A DNA stretch of 64,000 nucleotides from Asterionella formosa (taxonomy: Eukaryota), in NCBI GenBank assembly GCA_002256025.1, contig NKIB01012926.1, forward strand, positions 1-64,000, read 5' to 3'. Position 1 is the stretch's first letter; each line of letters begins with the position of its first letter. Shown piece by piece: positions 59,226 to 64,000 of this stretch. The notes beneath the pieces are model-generated. The model saw nothing but the letters and a program-made list of their open reading frames with translations. It had not been told where the DNA came from and ran no database searches. The position numbers and the translations under genes are program-made.

Positions 59226-61103
59226 TTAATCATCCAGAAATGCCTGTAGCGGGCGAAATCTGGACTGCCCTCCACTACCAGCTCGGCGTCGTGGTCGAAC
59301 AAAGGGCTGGATATCACACTTTTCTGGTGATTTATTGGACCACTCTTTCCAATAGCTATCATCGTCTTCGTCTTCTTTCCCTTCCCCATCCTCTAAATAG
59401 TATTCCATTTTCTTATGTCGCCCACTAAAACCTGCTAAATACCGTCGTACCATAGAAAAATTGAGCGCCATACACATTGCAACAGCAAGCAACAGTAAGG
59501 ACACAATGGACCATCCAGAACTATGTACACGATCCTTCAATTCAGCTAATCTCTTGCGGGTTGTTAGTCTGGAGATGACAACGACTCGAGGCGACTGTAG
59601 CGTATTAGGCCAATATTCACGTTTCAAGTGTTCATAAACGCGCTGCTTGTTCCAAGTAATATCATTGACGGCGTCACGAACTATGTCCTGGCTGAAAAGG
59701 AAAATTTTGTGATCGTCTGGATCAACTATTGTTCCCGATGCGTAGCATTTTGGGCACAGTGCCGATGGAGGCCACTGGACCTCTTCAGAGTCCAAGAGGG
59801 AATCGTAACCTTCTTTCGTTTGCCTTAGACGCTCGATGCGGTAGGATTGATGAGCTTGCCACAGCCATATAGCAAGATTTCGCCACGAAGGGTCAGTGGT
59901 AATTGGAATCTTCTTTCGAAATCTTGAAAGCAGTCCCTTCTTCTCCAAACCCATATCTTGTCGGCAGCTCTCGCTCTTTTGACATGCTGAATAGGAAGCC
60001 ACAACATTCTCTCCAGCTTTTCTATTATTGGCAAAACCAAATTCGTTGACGTAATCTTGGACAACTCCCATATTATGACCAACTACTATTCTATCCAAAT
60101 CACCCATGACAGCTCCATGTTGCTCCGCCACTCCAACTGACATAATGTGCAGGAGCTTCCAGAAGCCACAACCAAACCCGAGGTCTTCAGGATTGTTGGC
60201 CGCACAAGAGGTCGACCATTTTCGTGGATGCTTATAGTAGTCATGGGATTTGAGTATTCTTGTAACTTCCTCTATTGACCCTTCAATGACTTGAAAGTTA
60301 TTTCGAAAATCATTTATCACATTGTGAATTAACGCCATGTCTCGTGTAGGGAGTGTCCAATGCATGAGATCCAGCCACTCGCGGAATATTTGTAGCCGAT
60401 CAAAGGACCAAGGAACAACTTCGCCGTCACGACTCTGCTTGATGTTGGAATGGATAGAATGAAGGAAGGACTCCATCGCGTCGCTGCAGACGTCAGACAG
60501 CTCTGAATGTGGATGCAAAATCTCCCTCATGTGATCGATTTCTCCAATATGAAGCTTGTTGGGGTCATTCTTGTTGTTGAGTTGGTATTCTTTCATTTTG
60601 TTTCTTTCGTTTTCGTCTTGAAGTAGCTTTAGTGCCTCTTCGGCTTCATCGACTTCTTTCAGATTTACATTTAGCACATTAACAACTTCTTCAATCTCGA
60701 TATTATTATTCATGGTCCTCTGTATCAGTTTTCCTTCAATAGACCCCTGCGGAAAACCGAGCAAACGGGGAACCGCAATAATTCCCAAATCTTCACATGC
60801 GTCTCGATGTACTTCGCAATTGATTGCCCAAAACTCTACCGGTTCACGAATAGATCGTCGTCGAACTTCTCTGGCCACCGAGACGTATCTATCTCTCAGT
60901 TGCACACAAAGAGGAGAGGCGGAGTGGTAGAAGAGTGCTACTCGAGGCCATGTCACTTCCAAGACAAAGGAGGGAGTCTCGGAAGTGAGCTTTTCTGTCG
61001 CTGTCACCAAAAACTCTTCGACCGGATGATATCTCGCCTGGGTGTATTGATATTCAGGTTCCTTTTCCTTTTTCGCTTTGGGCTCTCGATGACCGTACGG
61101 CAT
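59226..61103 (-). CDS. QSOX-like protein (thioredoxin + ERV/ALR domains + C-terminal TM) with degenerate redox motifs; 5' end uncertain
   Basis: Trx-fold ALFYHSASPLC..WAINC..AC..LGIIAVPRL; ERV motifs GFGCGFWKLLHIMSVG, LAIWLWQAH, QWPPSALCPKC, WNKQRVYEHLKREYW; TM WSIVSLLLLAVAMCMAL. First ATG at 61103. Confidence 0.8.
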   Translation of the reverse strand: MPYGHREPKAKKEKEPEYQYTQARYHPVEEFLVTATEKLTSETPSFVLEVTWPRVALFYHSASPLCVQLRDRYVSVAREVRRRSIREPVEFWAINCEVHRDACEDLGIIAVPRLLGFPQGSIEGKLIQRTMNNNIEIEEVVNVLNVNLKEVDEAEEALKLLQDENERNKMKEYQLNNKNDPNKLHIGEIDHMREILHPHSELSDVCSDAMESFLHSIHSNIKQSRDGEVVPWSFDRLQIFREWLDLMHWTLPTRDMALIHNVINDFRNNFQVIEGSIEEVTRILKSHDYYKHPRKWSTSCAANNPEDLGFGCGFWKLLHIMSVGVAEQHGAVMGDLDRIVVGHNMGVVQDYVNEFGFANNRKAGENVVASYSACQKSESCRQDMGLEKKGLLSRFRKKIPITTDPSWRNLAIWLWQAHQSYRIERLRQTKEGYDSLLDSEEVQWPPSALCPKCYASGTIVDPDDHKIFLFSQDIVRDAVNDITWNKQRVYEHLKREYWPNTLQSPRVVVISRLTTRKRLAELKDRVHSSGWSIVSLLLLAVAMCMALNFSMVRRYLAGFSGRHKKMEYYLEDGEGKEDEDDDSYWKEWSNKSPEKCDIQPFVRPRRRAGSGGQSRFRPLQAFLDD

Positions 61104-61297
61104 TGGATTGAATGAGGTTTGCGTGAGTCTCAAATGTGATAGTATGCGATGCCGAGTATGGTATTCAACAAACGTATCAGTGTGACCGCAAATGGTGGAG
61201 CAACGCACTGGCAAATTGTCCGGTCAGTCAAAGTCGATCGCGACGAAGGTATATAAAGCCTTTGAAATGTATAATCCACAGTCATCAGTTGATAGTT

Positions 61298-61455
61298 CCT
61301 GGTACCAGGTACCTGGTACCCTGGTGCAATCAATTCATTTATTTCTAGCAGGGCAGTATCGGTATTGTGTATCGTAAGAGTCGAGTTATTCCTTCTCAAA
61401 GTGTAGGAAGCTGGCAGTCCACCAAGCTAGTACGTACCAGTAGAGTGCCTGGTAG
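61298..61455. repeat. GTAC-centred repeat cluster in the divergent QSOX-like / COG3899-like gap
   Basis: cctggtaccaggtacctggtaccctgg; gtacgtaccagtag; cctggtag. Confidence 0.85.
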
Positions 61456-61497
61456 CAAGTACTGCAATTCCGGCCAATTTGTAGCAGCTAGACTAGG

Positions 61498-63953
61498 ATG
61501 GATTTGACAACGATATTGATTGGTAATCTTGATGTTGAGTCAGTTCATGAATTGATTCTCGATCAACTGGAAATGACAGCTGCTGAAGAATCTATGGTAC
61601 TGAGCAAATGCATATGGAAGAAAACGTTGGGAAATCCTTTCTTTGTGCTTGAATTTCTGGATGAGTTACTTGGCAGAGGATTGATGGTTCAAACCGATTC
61701 ATCTTGGTTTATTGATAAAGAGAAAATTCAAAACGAGACCAATGTTTCGTTCAATGTTGTCAGTCTTATCTGTAAAAGGTTGAATCGGCTCCGTGTCATT
61801 GTGAGAGCTGTTCTGGTATATGCCGCCTATCTTGGTTTTCACTTTGGTATTGATGAATTGAAAGTCGTTGTGAATTCCGAGCACGAAGATGCTTGCCCAA
61901 TTTTGCCCAGATGTGATGTTGGAGATGATGGCATCACTTCCCGCATCGAAGCATAGCAACATCATGAGATGTGGATAGAATTCTGCATGCGGCAACTGCA
62001 GAGGGTGTTATCGAAAAGTGTGATGATGTTGGAATCAAGATGAAGTTTGTGCATGACTACCTTCAGACTGTCCTCTATGATTCCATTCCTGAAGGAGAGG
62101 AGCGAGCAATGATTCATTCGAGAATTGGTAAGCGAATTCGAGAAACCATGCTGCCGAAATCGAACGATTTTCTGTTTGCCGTTGTGCACCACCTCAATCA
62201 TGCCTCATCATGCTTGGAGGAGGTAGACGATCTGGTCAACTTATCACGACTCAAACTCTCCGCAGCAAAGCTTGCAATAAGCGAAAAATCTACATTTTTG
62301 AGTGCCTCAGATTATTTGCAATACGCCATCCGGCTTCTGGGCCCAGAGACCATGTGGAATATACACTATGATCTTTGCCTGGAGATGCATGGCCTTTTTG
62401 CAAAAACCTCATATTGCATTGGGGACTTTGAATGTTGTAATCTGATGGTCAAGAGCATACTGAAAAATGGCCGAACCATTGAAGATAAAGCATGTGCTTA
62501 CTATGCAGAAATCGATGCTCTCAATACTCAAGCGATGCAAATGCAATCAATCGAAAAGGGACTTTCCATTCTTCGAATGCTGGGAATGAAGGTTAAAAGA
62601 AAGCCATCAACGTTTACCCTTGTTTGTCAATTCCTAAAGATCAAGCAAATGCTTGATAGGAAATCAGACGAGTTCATCATTTCGATACCATTGCTTGCCA
62701 ACAATGCACAAGTTCTCATGATCACAACCATCCTCACCAAAATCATGGCAGCAGCCTTTCTTGTAGGAGAAATGAACCTAAGGGCGTTAGCTATCCTAAA
62801 ATTTTTTCAGCTGTCACTTCAGAAAGGTGTTTCATCTATGTCACCACCTGCAATTGCTGCTTATGGGGCAATAGAATCAAAGTTGGGAAATACAGAAAGC
62901 GCAAGTCGTTATGGCATGCTCGCTCTCAATTTAATGAACAAACTCTATGCTGCCAAAACAGCATGCCTAACCACGATAATTTCAGTTTCCTATGCAATGC
63001 ATTGGAAACTATCCCTACCTGACTCTGTCGAACACTTGAGTAAAGCATTCCGAATTGGAATAGCTCAAGGAGACATTGATTCTGCTACAAAAGCGGCAGT
63101 TTTGTATATCATTGCCTCACTTCACTGTGGAAAGAATTTGCAAACATTGGACCAAGAGTGCCAAATTCTATTTGAAAGCATGCAGACTTACAAGCAAGTG
63201 CAATCCCTCGATCTATTTCTACAATATTGGTGGGCAATCACATCACTTATGGGGTCTCCTGACCATGAGAAGCACCCACTTCTGTGGCAGTCTGATGCAA
63301 CAAACGAGGCAACCATAGCGGCAAGAGATAGGTCGCACCAAAATCTGGTTGTATTGATTTTTTCTTGGATCTCAAAACTTGTGACAGCATTTCATTGTGG
63401 TCATCTTGACGCTGCCGAAGACATGGTTGCAAAACTTGAAGTACATACAACTGTTTTCAAGGGTCACATCATTTGTGTCTGGATTCAGTTCTACTATGAA
63501 CTGACCTTCTATGGGTTGGCGTTGACTGCTATTAAAGGTTCTTGGAAACGCAATAATTATCAACGACGTGGTGATAAAGTCCGAAGGTATATTACAATGT
63601 TGAAAAATAAAGGATGTCCAACTGCATTGTTATTTCTAGCTGTCTTGGAAGCAGAGCGAATGGCTTTGACTTCGAATGACGCAAACAAGGTATTGCAAGC
63701 ATACAAAAATGCCGTTGCTTTGTCAGCTAGCAATGGGTTAGTCAACTACGAAGGTTTTGCTAATGAACGTGCGTGTTTTGTGCTGCATGAACTTGGTATC
63801 AATGCCCAACCATTTTTTGACCGTGCTGTTGAGTGCTACGTAGATTGGGGAGCATATCATAAAGTTCAAATCATAGAAAGGGACTTCGACTCATTAATAG
63901 CATCTGCCCTGAGTGAAGAAGAAAATATGTCAATCGTCAAAAAGTTTTTCTGA
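61498..63953 (+). pseudogene. 5'-truncated, disrupted COG3899-type (STAND ATPase / TPR-like helical) gene
   Basis: KKTLGNPFFVLEFL, NVVSLICKRLNRL..VLVYAAYLGFHF, KFVHDYLQTVLY, VVHHLN, C-terminal ANERA..Y.DWGAYHKV. No P-loop region. A TAG at 61954 and a frame change occur before 61971, with no convincing intron to explain them. Confidence 0.7.
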
Positions 63954-64000
63954 AAGTAAAACTTCACGGAGTACTGCAGTTTAATGTTTGACGAAATCAA

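Overview
Nuclear genomic DNA of a diatom or closely related stramenopile, judged from an Lhcf/FCP gene, ASAF-type plastid presequences, short GT-AG introns and diatom-type Copia elements. It is not prokaryotic, and I see no rRNA, tRNA or CRISPR. From 3 to 20 kb there is a compact gene block: Fcf2, F-box/LRR, mTERF, MAO-like amine oxidase, PTEN/tensin-like protein, PI synthase, a plastid-targeted unknown, PGS1-type PGP synthase and importin-alpha-like. The rest holds a large mucin-stalk single-pass membrane protein, an ankyrin protein, an OTU protease, Lhcf, a QSOX-like protein lacking its redox motifs and a truncated COG3899-like gene. These are mixed with decayed DNA transposons, MITEs and three Copia elements. 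Two observations stand out. (1) A GTAC-centred palindromic repeat (GTACCTGGTACCAGGTAC, CTGGTAC/GTACCAG heptamers, TACCGGTA) clusters in the 5' flanks of most genes and is missing from convergent 3' gaps; LTR-pair differences hint that it is gained de novo. (2) A ~6.4 kb inversion (43996-50377) cuts two different Copia elements; flipping it back rejoins both coding sequences and a perfect 6-bp TSD. All protein assignments come from motif recognition by eye; no database searches were run.
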